A stretch of 64,000 nt of DNA from a virus. Taxonomy: Duplodnaviria; Caudoviricetes. The position numbers and the translations under genes were made by a program. Location of the stretch: IMG/VR virus record IMGVR_UViG_2816332256_000001, positions 19,827 to 83,826 of that record; one strand, 5' to 3'. Shown here piece after piece: positions 56,074 to 64,000 of this stretch. The first letter of the stretch is position 1, and every line of letters begins with the position of its first letter. The notes below the pieces were generated by a model. The model ran no database searches. It saw nothing but the letters and a program-made list of their open reading frames with translations, and was not told the origin of the DNA.

Positions 56074-57251
56074 CTCTCACGACCATCGCACCCACCATCG
56101 ACGCAAGCGGCATCACCGCGCCGACGTACGCTGACGTGCTCGCGTATCTGCAGGACCAGTACCGGTCGATCTACGGTGCCGACACGTACCTCGAGCCGGA
56201 CAGCCAGGACGGCCAGATGCTCGGCGTGTTCGCAAAGGCGATCGGCGACGTCAACTCGGTCGCGATCGCAATCTACCGGTCGTTCAGCCCGGCGACAGCG
56301 CAGGAGGATGCGCTATCGAGCAACGTCAAGATCAACGGCATCGCGCGCAAGGTCGCATCGTACTCGAGCGCCGATCTGGTGTTGGTGGGCCAGGCCGGCA
56401 AGACGATCACGAACGGCGCGGCGAAAGATAGCAACGGCGTGCAGTGGTTGCTGCCGGCCACCGTGACAATCCCGCCGAGCGGGACGATCACCGTCACCGC
56501 CACGTGTGCATCGATCGGCGACGTGTCCGCGCGCGCGGGCACGATCAACCAGATCGCGACACCTGCGCTCGGCTGGCAGTCGGTGACGAACCCGGCGGAC
56601 GCCGCTGAGGGCGCGCCAGTCGAGAAGGACGCGGTGCTGCGGCAGCGGCAGACGGTGTCGACCGCGCTGCCGTCGCTCACGGTGCTCGACGGCATCATCG
56701 GCGCGGTGGCGAACGTTCCGGGCGTCACGCGGTATGTGGCCTACGAAAACGACACCAGTGCGACGGACGCGAACGGCATCCCGTCGCACTCGATTTCGCT
56801 GGTCGTCGAGGGCGGCGATGCTACGGCAATCGCAAACGCGATCGCGGCGAAGAAGACGCCGGGCTCCGGGACGTACGGCACGACTGCCATCATCGTCGCG
56901 GACATCTACGGCCGTCCGATCACGATCAGGTTCTTCCGGCCGGTGGACGCGCCGATCACGGCGACGGTCACGCTGAAGGCGCTCACCGGCTATACCAGCC
57001 AGGCGGGGCAGCAGATCCAGCAGGCCGTGTCGGACTACATCAACGGCGTGCAGATCGGTGGCGGCCTGTCCGGCAGCGTCGAATGGGGTGACGCGCTTAC
57101 CGCAGCGAACGGCGTGGGTGGTGGCGTCACGTTCAAGCTGTCCGGCCTGACGCTCACCGGCCCGCGCGGCGCCGGCGCGCCGGACGTCGCGCTGCTGTTC
57201 AACGAGGCCGCGTCCTGTACGCCGGCGGATGTGACTCTGGTGGTGACGTGA
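56070..57251 (+). CDS. Baseplate J-like protein
   Basis: YG.D.Y..PDS.DGQ, E.D..LR.RQ, NGIP.HSI..VVEGG. Confidence 0.88.
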   Translation: MTLTTIAPTIDASGITAPTYADVLAYLQDQYRSIYGADTYLEPDSQDGQMLGVFAKAIGDVNSVAIAIYRSFSPATAQEDALSSNVKINGIARKVASYSSADLVLVGQAGKTITNGAAKDSNGVQWLLPATVTIPPSGTITVTATCASIGDVSARAGTINQIATPALGWQSVTNPADAAEGAPVEKDAVLRQRQTVSTALPSLTVLDGIIGAVANVPGVTRYVAYENDTSATDANGIPSHSISLVVEGGDATAIANAIAAKKTPGSGTYGTTAIIVADIYGRPITIRFFRPVDAPITATVTLKALTGYTSQAGQQIQQAVSDYINGVQIGGGLSGSVEWGDALTAANGVGGGVTFKLSGLTLTGPRGAGAPDVALLFNEAASCTPADVTLVVT

Positions 57252-57913
57252 TGTCCGAGCTGACCGATTACACCGCGCTGATTACGTCGGAGCATCGCGA
57301 CAAGCCGCGGTTCATGGGCACCGTCGGCGCACTCGTGCAGCCCATTGTCGACCAGATGAACGTGCTGCAGAGCATGCCGGCCAAGTTCGACCTCGACAAC
57401 GCGGTGGGCGTGCAGTTGGACGATGTTGGCCTCTGGGTCGGCGTGTCGCGGAAGATCCGCATCCCACTGACCGGCATCTACTTCTCGTTCGACATCGCCG
57501 GACTCGGGTTCGATCAGGGTACGTGGAAAGGTCCATTCGACCCGGATACTGGCCTCACAGTGCTCGACGACGACACGTACCGGCTCATCATCCGCGCGAA
57601 GATCGGCGCGAACCACTGGGACGGGACGCTCGCTTCGAGCGCGGCGATCCTGAACAGCATCTTCGGCGCGGACACGCGCGTGTTTATCGAAGACCACCAG
57701 GACATGTCGATGACGATCGGGATCGCGGGCAAGGTGCCATCGGCCGTATTCATCGCGCTCCTCGCGGGCGGTTACATCCCGCTGAAGCCGGAGGGTGTGC
57801 GCGTCGCCTACACGATCGTGACGACTGTCGACGGCACGCCGATGTTCGGGTTCGACATGTCGGGCCCCTACGTCGCGGGCTTCGACGCCGGCGCCTGGGG
57901 AAAGCCAGTCTGA
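57248..57913 (+). CDS. Baseplate protein DUF2612
   Basis: FD.D.AVG.QLD..G.WVG..R, L.DD.YR..I.AKI..N.WDG. Confidence 0.88.
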   Translation: MMSELTDYTALITSEHRDKPRFMGTVGALVQPIVDQMNVLQSMPAKFDLDNAVGVQLDDVGLWVGVSRKIRIPLTGIYFSFDIAGLGFDQGTWKGPFDPDTGLTVLDDDTYRLIIRAKIGANHWDGTLASSAAILNSIFGADTRVFIEDHQDMSMTIGIAGKVPSAVFIALLAGGYIPLKPEGVRVAYTIVTTVDGTPMFGFDMSGPYVAGFDAGAWGKPV

Positions 57914-57939
57914 TCCACCCAACGCAATCCACGTTTTGA

Positions 57940-57962
57940 GCCGCCTTCGGGCGGCCTTTTTT
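57940..57962 (+). terminator. Intrinsic terminator-like hairpin before the fibre gene
   Basis: GCCGCC-TTCG-GGCGGC followed by a T run. Confidence 0.6.
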
Positions 57963-57977
57963 ATGCTCGGAGCATAG

Positions 57978-58976
57978 ATGGCGAACAACAATTTCAAGGC
58001 GTTTGCGGCGGCCGCTGGCGCGAACGTGATGACGCAGGCCGACTACGAGGCGCTTGCCGCGCTGCTGACGGGTTTCGTGAGCGGCACGGCTCAGTCGGAT
58101 CAGCTCAACAAGGTCTGGCGTCAGAGCTCGATCATGGCCGCCGTGCTTGCACAGTTCCTCGTCGACATCACGGGGCAAGACGCGATCGACGACGGCACAA
58201 CAGCGACACTGCTCGCGAACCTGAAGGCGGCCGTGTTGGCTCAATCCGTTGGCGTCGTGGGCGCAGTGCGGAACGGCCGGATGTACGTTGCTGCAGCCTC
58301 GGCGAGCGCGACGTACACGGCCGACGAGGTCATCGTCGAAACTGCGCTGGGTGGCCTGCGCTACGGCATCGCGAGCCTCAACAAGACGGTCAACCTCGCG
58401 ACGACCGGTGCAGGCGGCATGGATACCGGCAGCGCGCCGGCAAACGGCTATGTCGCGCTGTACGCGATCTACAACCCGGTGACGAAGGTGCCGGCGCTGC
58501 TCGCGACGAACGCCACAAGTGCCGTCGCTCCGAGCGTCTACGGCGGCGCGAATATGCCCGCCGGCTACACCGCTTCGGCGCTTCTGACGGTGGTGCCGAC
58601 GAACGGGAGCGGGCAATTCAAGTCAGTGCTTGTCAATGATCGAAGCGTCAGCATTGCGCTCGCAACTGCGCTCTCCACATCTACTACGCAGGTTAGTCTG
58701 ACCGCGCTCTCCATCTCGAGCATCGTCCCGACCAATGCGAAATCGATCCGAGGCGAACTGCAGGCGACGAGTAGCACGGCGTCTCAACTTACCATTACCG
58801 TTGTTGCGGACAGTGCGGCCCAGTTGTCTCAGCAGAACATCACTGGACAAGGCGGTAACGCATATACGGGGAACTACTCGATGGACCTCGCAACACCGCA
58901 GCAGATTTATTACACGGCAAATAGCACGGCTGGCACGCCCAGCTTCGCAATCTATATCACGGGCTACAATATCTGA
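57978..58976 (+). CDS. Tail fibre / receptor-binding protein
   Basis: N.F..FA...ANV..QA.Y...G.A.S.Q.NKV.RQ baseplate anchor; AT-richer beta-rich C-terminus. Confidence 0.82.
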   Translation: MANNNFKAFAAAAGANVMTQADYEALAALLTGFVSGTAQSDQLNKVWRQSSIMAAVLAQFLVDITGQDAIDDGTTATLLANLKAAVLAQSVGVVGAVRNGRMYVAAASASATYTADEVIVETALGGLRYGIASLNKTVNLATTGAGGMDTGSAPANGYVALYAIYNPVTKVPALLATNATSAVAPSVYGGANMPAGYTASALLTVVPTNGSGQFKSVLVNDRSVSIALATALSTSTTQVSLTALSISSIVPTNAKSIRGELQATSSTASQLTITVVADSAAQLSQQNITGQGGNAYTGNYSMDLATPQQIYYTANSTAGTPSFAIYITGYNI

Positions 58977-58985
58977 AGGAACGAG

Positions 58986-59168
58986 ATGCAGATCAATGTC
59001 CAGTTTTTCGACTCGTCCAATGCAACGGTTGTCTCGTATTTTTCCGGCCCCCAAGATGAGGTCGAATTTCCGAATCAAGGGCAAATCGACTCGGGTGATG
59101 CGCGATGGAAGACCTATTACAACAGCCTTCCATCGCTGTCTCAACGATCGCTGCCTACGCCGGCCTGA
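58986..59168 (+). CDS. Small tail-fibre assembly protein
   Basis: VQF.D......YF..PQD...N.G......D.R...YY. Confidence 0.65.
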   Translation: MQINVQFFDSSNATVVSYFSGPQDEVEFPNQGQIDSGDARWKTYYNSLPSLSQRSLPTPA

Positions 59169-60346
59169 TCTTTTGCGAGCGCTATAAAAGGGGCGTCGGC
59201 AGTTCGTGGGCTTGTCGCTCTTTCGCTGATTCGCTTCGCGAGCATCTGTCCGAAGCGCCGACCAGGTGTCTCGACAAAGCGAAAGTTCAGCTCCGCGAGC
59301 AAAAACAAAAGCGGGAATGCCGTGAGAGCGGCGCGTAACGTATAGGTGCCATCAAGCGAGTGACCAGGCAGCAGTGTTCGATGCCAAAGTTCACTCGTTG
59401 CATGAAAGACCGGGTAGTGAATGAGATACAGGGCGTACGACCGTGATCCAACCCACTGAAGCACCTGGGACACGACTGGAACCGGAAAAATATATCCCTT
59501 GTTGTACGACGCCGCAAACACGAGCATCGCGCTCACGACAGAAAGAAGCCCGGTAGTGAATGGGACGATGAAAATGCTGTGCGTAGGAAGCGCTGCCAAG
59601 GTGAAAAATGCAATGCCCGACACAACTGAAGCCACAGTCTTAGACCGTAGCCATTTTGGTTCCGCAAGTGCATAGCTTGGTCGGCGCTGCGCCATTGCGA
59701 GCAATACGCCGAGCGATATTGCATCAGTCCGGAATGCCCAGCCTACCGACCAGATCGGCCGATCCAGCAGGATCTGGGCCGCGACGATGGCAGCGAACAG
59801 CCACGTTCTCCATCGCGCGGGAACGAAGAACATGATGAACGGGAAGATAAGATAGAACTGTTCTTCTAGCGACAGGCTCCAATACTGTCCATTACCTCCA
59901 CATACCTGCGTTTTATCGTGCAGGCACTTCAAGAAGTGGAAATTGGACACTTGGAACAGAATCGAGACGGCATCGCCAAGGTTTGCTCGAAAGTTAACGA
60001 ATGCGCCGCTCTTGTTCGCAAAAGCGGAAAATGCCAACGTCACCACGAGCCAAAGCCACGCACTCGGCAGTAGGCGCCACGCACGCCGCACCCAAAAAGG
60101 AAGGCTGACAGCAAGGAAGGATTTCGGCTGTCCGTCGAAGATCGGCAGCATCGATCGCGCAATGACATAGCCCGAGATGCAGAAGAACAAATCGACGCCG
60201 CTCCACCCTGGAACGGCGTTCCACAAGCGTTCGACGGTGGGGCTTCCCCAGAAAAATAGTATTTCGAGGTGCGTCCATAGCACCATGATCACGGCGACAC
60301 CCCGCAGTGCCTCGATTTCCAGATTTTTTTCGTTCCGATCAGCCAT
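59141..60346 (-). CDS. Acyltransferase-3 (OafA-like) moron
   Basis: IEALRG.AV..V...H, GVDLFF.ISGY.I, RR..RL.P, WSLS.EEQFY, G..SY.LYL.H. Confidence 0.9.
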   Translation of the reverse strand: MADRNEKNLEIEALRGVAVIMVLWTHLEILFFWGSPTVERLWNAVPGWSGVDLFFCISGYVIARSMLPIFDGQPKSFLAVSLPFWVRRAWRLLPSAWLWLVVTLAFSAFANKSGAFVNFRANLGDAVSILFQVSNFHFLKCLHDKTQVCGGNGQYWSLSLEEQFYLIFPFIMFFVPARWRTWLFAAIVAAQILLDRPIWSVGWAFRTDAISLGVLLAMAQRRPSYALAEPKWLRSKTVASVVSGIAFFTLAALPTHSIFIVPFTTGLLSVVSAMLVFAASYNKGYIFPVPVVSQVLQWVGSRSYALYLIHYPVFHATSELWHRTLLPGHSLDGTYTLRAALTAFPLLFLLAELNFRFVETPGRRFGQMLAKRISERATSPRTADAPFIALAKDQAGVGSDR

Positions 60347-60376
60347 ATCGGGATTCGTTCATGAGAGTTGCGAATT

Positions 60377-61141
60377 CTACCGCAGCAGGGATTGGACCAT
60401 TGGCGCGACCACCTGCGCAGCCCGCTCAGCGTTGTACCGGTAGAGCGCGTCGACCGGGTGCACGCCGTCGCTCAGCAGTGATGGGTAGTCGGCTAGACCC
60501 TGCGAGTACTCCCAGTTGAACACGACGGGCACCTGCTGAGCGACCACGACCTTCTTGAGCTGATCGAGGTACGCGAGCATCGCGGCGTTGCCTTCGGGAA
60601 ACGCAACGGGGTTCGGCTCGTAGAGCACAACCTGTTTGCCGTGGACGCGCGCGACCTGGACGAGCTGCGCGAGGATCCGGCCGTATTCCTCCGGTGACTC
60701 CTGCGGCGGGCCGGCCTGCGGGACGCTGTTGTAGAACGAGTCGTTGCGCATGAAGTTCAGCGTGATGATGTTCGCCTTGGACGCGGCCATCTGCTGATCC
60801 CAGGGTGCATGCTTCTTGTCGGTGCCGTTCAGCAGTTGGGCCGCTTCCGCACCGTCGACGCCCTCGTTGCTGACGGTGACGGCCGCCCCGAACTGCTGCT
60901 GCAACAGCTGCTGCAGAACGGCCGGCTCGCTGTTGGGCGTCACGCCGGGGGCACCGTTGAAGATCTGGAGGCCGTGGGTCGTCGAATCGCCGTATTCCTC
61001 GATCAGCACGGTTTTCGTCGGCGCGGGAGTAGGCTGCTTTGCCACGGTGGGCGCGGTTCCACCGTCTCCACCTCCGCCACATGCCGACAGTGCGCAGACG
61101 AGCGCCATCCCCGCGGCGAGCGCGGCGAGCTTCATTTTCAT
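60377..61141 (-). CDS. SGNH/GDSL hydrolase-fold lipoprotein
   Basis: Lipobox LSAC; blocks GDS, NEGVDG, N...ND, DGVHP all intact. Confidence 0.85.
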   Translation of the reverse strand: MKMKLAALAAGMALVCALSACGGGGDGGTAPTVAKQPTPAPTKTVLIEEYGDSTTHGLQIFNGAPGVTPNSEPAVLQQLLQQQFGAAVTVSNEGVDGAEAAQLLNGTDKKHAPWDQQMAASKANIITLNFMRNDSFYNSVPQAGPPQESPEEYGRILAQLVQVARVHGKQVVLYEPNPVAFPEGNAAMLAYLDQLKKVVVAQQVPVVFNWEYSQGLADYPSLLSDGVHPVDALYRYNAERAAQVVAPMVQSLLR

Positions 61142-61199
61142 GATTTACCTCAGGTGGTAGATGCCCAGAACGGGCGAGAACAGATCAAGGTTTGTAACC

Positions 61200-61221
61200 A
61201 ACCGCCTTCGGGCGGTTTTTT
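61200..61221 (+). terminator. Intrinsic terminator-like hairpin before the holin
   Basis: AACCGCC-TTCG-GGCGGTT-TTTT. Confidence 0.6.
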
Positions 61222-61236
61222 CGTTTCGGGGACTCG

Positions 61237-61419
61237 ATGAAGAGCGATCTCGCAACAAGCGCTGCGAAGGTGGCGCCGGCGGTGGGAAGCAATTTCTGGT
61301 TGTGGTTGACCAACCACGACATCAACTGGTGGGTAGCCGTCGCGACGATCGCGTACATCGGGCTGCAGGCGTACTACCTGGTCAAGAACAAGGGAAAGAG
61401 GGCGCTGCTCGATGGCTAA
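61237..61419 (+). CDS. Holin
   Basis: 60 aa, TM segment, basic tail, overlaps the endolysin start. Confidence 0.7.
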   Translation: MKSDLATSAAKVAPAVGSNFWLWLTNHDINWWVAVATIAYIGLQAYYLVKNKGKRALLDG

Positions 61420-61909
61420 CGTACCGAAGAAGACACTCGCTGGTGTTGTGGGGGCTGCTGCGGCAGCCCTTCTTTTTTCCATGGTCCCGAAGTTCGAGGG
61501 GCTCGAGCTGGTCGCGCGGCCGGATCCAATCGGGATCATCACGGCGTGCAACGGCGACACGAAGGACGTGCGCGCCGGCCAGCGCTTCACGCCGGACGAG
61601 TGCCGCGCGCGGCTTGAACAACGGCTGATCGAGCACGCCGAGCCCGTGCTGAAGTGCACGCCCGGCCTGAAGGGCCACACGTACCAGTTCGCGGCCGCCG
61701 TGAGCTTCGCCTACAACGTCGGCGCCGGCGCGTATTGCGGCAGCACGACGGCGAAGCGCTTCAATGCTGGCGACTGGAAGGGTGGCTGCCGCGCGATGAA
61801 TGAGGCCGACAACGGCCGGCCGCAGTGGGTAACGGCCGGCGGCCGTGTGCTGCCGGGTTTGGTGAAACGGCGCGCCGAAGAGCGCGCATTGTGCGAGCGC
61901 GACCTATGA
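61412..61909 (+). CDS. SAR endolysin (GH24 lysozyme)
   Basis: SAR segment; FEG...DP.GI.T; homologous to 7525..8022. Confidence 0.92.
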   Translation: MANVPKKTLAGVVGAAAAALLFSMVPKFEGLELVARPDPIGIITACNGDTKDVRAGQRFTPDECRARLEQRLIEHAEPVLKCTPGLKGHTYQFAAAVSFAYNVGAGAYCGSTTAKRFNAGDWKGGCRAMNEADNGRPQWVTAGGRVLPGLVKRRAEERALCERDL

Positions 61910-62454
61910 CGACCACGAAAACGCATGAGACGCGGCGCACGCTCGCCGAGGACGTGTTCTATCCCGATCACGAGCCGCGCACCGAGTCGGCGACGTTCCG
62001 CGCGAGCAAGCGCGCGATGAAGGCGGCCGGCGGCTACGTCTGCGCGGTGTGCGGCGATGACAAGGCGGTCGAGTCGCATCACCGGTTCTTCGAGTGGGCG
62101 TTCTCGCACGCGATCGACTGGAAGTGGATCCGCGAAGTCGCGATCAACAAGTGCGACACGATGTTCAGCCACAAGCTGCGGCGCATCGTGCCGATCCCGC
62201 TCCAGCACCCGGTCTGGGACGTCATCAAGCTGACGCAGGGCTTCGACTGGGAGGCGTTCGACCCGGCGCGGCCGGAGGCGTTCGTCGACTCGACCTACAA
62301 CCAACTGCTGCTGTGCGCGCTCCATCACCGGGGCAAGGATCACGGCCGGCACGAGGAAAGCGATCCGGTCTGGAGCGTGCAGGCGTTCCTGCTGCCGGGC
62401 TTCGTCTACTCGCCGGATGAGCTCAAGCAGCTGCACGCGAAGGAGCAGAAATGA
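61906..62454 (+). CDS. HNH-like protein inside the lysis cassette
   Basis: CAVC...ESHH...N..LLC..HH...H pattern. Confidence 0.6.
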   Translation: MTTTKTHETRRTLAEDVFYPDHEPRTESATFRASKRAMKAAGGYVCAVCGDDKAVESHHRFFEWAFSHAIDWKWIREVAINKCDTMFSHKLRRIVPIPLQHPVWDVIKLTQGFDWEAFDPARPEAFVDSTYNQLLLCALHHRGKDHGRHEESDPVWSVQAFLLPGFVYSPDELKQLHAKEQK

Positions 62455-62930
62455 CCTGGCTCGATCCCCGTGTCTGGCTCGTCGTCATCGCAGCCACTGT
62501 CGGCGGCCTCGCCGCCGGGTACTTCAAGGGGCACGCCGACGGCACGCGCACGACGGTCGTCGCCGCGCAGAAGGCGCAGCTCGCCGCTGTCGCAGCCGCG
62601 CGTGCCGAAGAACAACGCCGCACTGCGGCTCAATCGGAGATTGCGAAAGATGCGAACCAACAACGAACGGCCGCGCTCGCGGATGCTTTTGCTGCTCGCG
62701 CTGCCGCTGGCAGCCTGCAGCAGCGTGTCGACCAGCTCGTCGCAGCCGCCCGCCATCCCGCCGCTGCCGCCGGAGGCCCGGCAGCCGGAGACGCCATCGA
62801 TCTGCTTGCCGACGTGCTCGGCCGCGCTGACCAGCGCGCGGGTGAGCTGGCAGAATACGCTGACCGTGCCCGCATCGCCGGCCAGCAGTGTGAGCGCGAC
62901 TATGACGCGCTGACGGCGGCGGCACGCTGA
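62451..62930 (+). CDS. Rz-like i-spanin (DUF2514 type)
   Basis: Homologous to 8084..8569. Confidence 0.85.
   Translation: MTWLDPRVWLVVIAATVGGLAAGYFKGHADGTRTTVVAAQKAQLAAVAAARAEEQRRTAAQSEIAKDANQQRTAALADAFAARAAAGSLQQRVDQLVAAARHPAAAAGGPAAGDAIDLLADVLGRADQRAGELAEYADRARIAGQQCERDYDALTAAAR
62650..62913 (+). CDS. Rz1-like o-spanin embedded in Rz
   Basis: Lipobox LAAC, Pro-rich. Confidence 0.7.
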   Translation: MRTNNERPRSRMLLLLALPLAACSSVSTSSSQPPAIPPLPPEARQPETPSICLPTCSAALTSARVSWQNTLTVPASPASSVSATMTR

Positions 62931-63226
62931 CGTCTTCGCTCTGCGCGTTTCGTCAGCCACTCAACGATCCGGCCGTGCCGTGCGACCGCCTCGTGATACC
63001 CGTACGTATCGACTGTCCGATACTGCCATCCCGGCTCGTACACGTAGTGCACAAAGTACGGTTGCGCCGGAGGATCGTGATCAACCGTCATCCCCAGAAA
63101 GACCGTCCAGACGCGCGTGTTCTCAGCGACCGTCGTGTCCGCGATGTTCTTGTCGAACGCGCAGAACGTCCCTAGATCGACCTCGACCGGTTCGTGTTGG
63201 GCGTTGAGGATGAAATAGTGCTGCAT
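62900..63226 (-). CDS. Hypothetical protein divergent from SRAP
   Basis: Y.IL....EPV.VD...V.TVFLG...P..F pattern; start 15 bp from a LexA box. Confidence 0.6.
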   Translation of the reverse strand: MQHYFILNAQHEPVEVDLGTFCAFDKNIADTTVAENTRVWTVFLGMTVDHDPPAQPYFVHYVYEPGWQYRTVDTYGYHEAVARHGRIVEWLTKRAERRRQRAAAVSAS

Positions 63227-63241
63227 GGCCGTGCGCGAGTA

Positions 63242-63257
63242 CTGTATGGATATACAG
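63242..63257. promoter_or_regulatory. LexA (SOS) box CTGTATGGATATACAG
   Basis: CTGT-N8-ACAG overlapping the -35 of TGGATA-17-TAAGAT. Confidence 0.85.
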
Positions 63258-63307
63258 TTTATCGCGGGGTAAGATGGGACCGTCAACTCGAAAAATTGGG
63301 GACGGCG

Positions 63308-64000
63308 ATGTGCACAAACTACGTGGCGCCCGGCGAAGACCCGGGCTTGAGCGAGTTGCGGATCGACAGCTTCGTCGAACTCTACCGGTGGCACCCATGG
63401 AAGCCAGAGATCTACCAGGACTACGAGGCCCCGATCGTCGGCTATGTCGACGGGCAGTTCAAGCCGCTGATCGCCGGCTTTGGCTTCTGGCCGCGCGCGC
63501 TGCAGAAGGCCAACGTCGAGAAGGCGAAGGAGCAGGGCAAGAAACCGCCGATCATCCGCAGCACGATGAACGTGCGCGACGACAATCTGGGCAGGTCGCC
63601 GCTGTACGGGCCGGCGTGGCGCGCCGGGCGCCGCTGCCTGATCCCCGCAAAATGGATCTACGAGCCGAACTGGGAGACGGGGAAGCACATCCGATACCGG
63701 ATCGGGCTGGCCGCCTGGCGGCCGCTATGCGTCGCGGGCATCTGGCGCACGCTGCAGTATCCGGACGGCGTCGAGCGTCACACCATGGCGATGATCACGG
63801 TGAACGGCGACGAGCACCCGATCATGAAGCACATGCACCGGCCCAGCGACGAGAAACGGGCGGTCGTGATCCTGCGGCCGGGCGACTGGGAAGAGTGGCT
63901 GACGACCTCGAACGTCGAAGCGGCGAGGGCGATGCTGCAGCTGTACCCGGCGGAGGACATGGCTGCCGAGCCGGCGGGAGGCGATTCGCAGAATCGCTGA
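63308..64000 (+). CDS. SOS response-associated peptidase (SRAP/HMCES family)
   Basis: N-terminal MC catalytic Cys, RCLIPA..IYEP, M.T.N...HP.M..MH, KR.VVIL. Confidence 0.9.
   Translation: MCTNYVAPGEDPGLSELRIDSFVELYRWHPWKPEIYQDYEAPIVGYVDGQFKPLIAGFGFWPRALQKANVEKAKEQGKKPPIIRSTMNVRDDNLGRSPLYGPAWRAGRRCLIPAKWIYEPNWETGKHIRYRIGLAAWRPLCVAGIWRTLQYPDGVERHTMAMITVNGDEHPIMKHMHRPSDEKRAVVILRPGDWEEWLTTSNVEAARAMLQLYPAEDMAAEPAGGDSQNR

Larger units (their letters stand above)
13499..64000. mobile_element. Prophage 2, temperate myovirus integrated at tRNA-His
   Basis: Integrase, lambdoid early/immunity/replication region, terminase-to-tail module and lysis genes; attR not within the window. Confidence 0.92.

Overview
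High-GC betaproteobacterial DNA; the dusA sequence and phage gene families suggest Burkholderia (inference). The window is almost entirely two prophages flanking a ~1.2 kb host island (dusA plus tRNA-His). Prophage 1 (1..~12370, left part outside the window) has a Mu/SfV-type baseplate-tail module, a tail fibre, a lysis cassette, morons and a tyrosine integrase inserted at the 5' end of dusA (dusA-associated integrase type). Prophage 2 (~13499..64000, right end just outside) sits at tRNA-His and looks near complete: a lambdoid early/immunity region and a DUF1073/DUF2184/DUF3383-type myovirus structural module. Top observations: (1) a three-cassette tail-fibre shufflon at 5758..6452, defined by three in-frame CACT(A/G)CAAATGC sites, with no adjacent invertase; (2) a compact PRTase + DprA (ShosTA-like) candidate defence pair just inside the tRNA-His att; (3) a repressor with no autocleavage domain facing a LexA-boxed convergent gene; (4) a split SGNH-lipoprotein + acyltransferase-3 operon; (5) an RHH-like moron whose promoter is covered by helically phased TAGCTA repeats. 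All family calls come from motif recognition by eye; no database searches were run.
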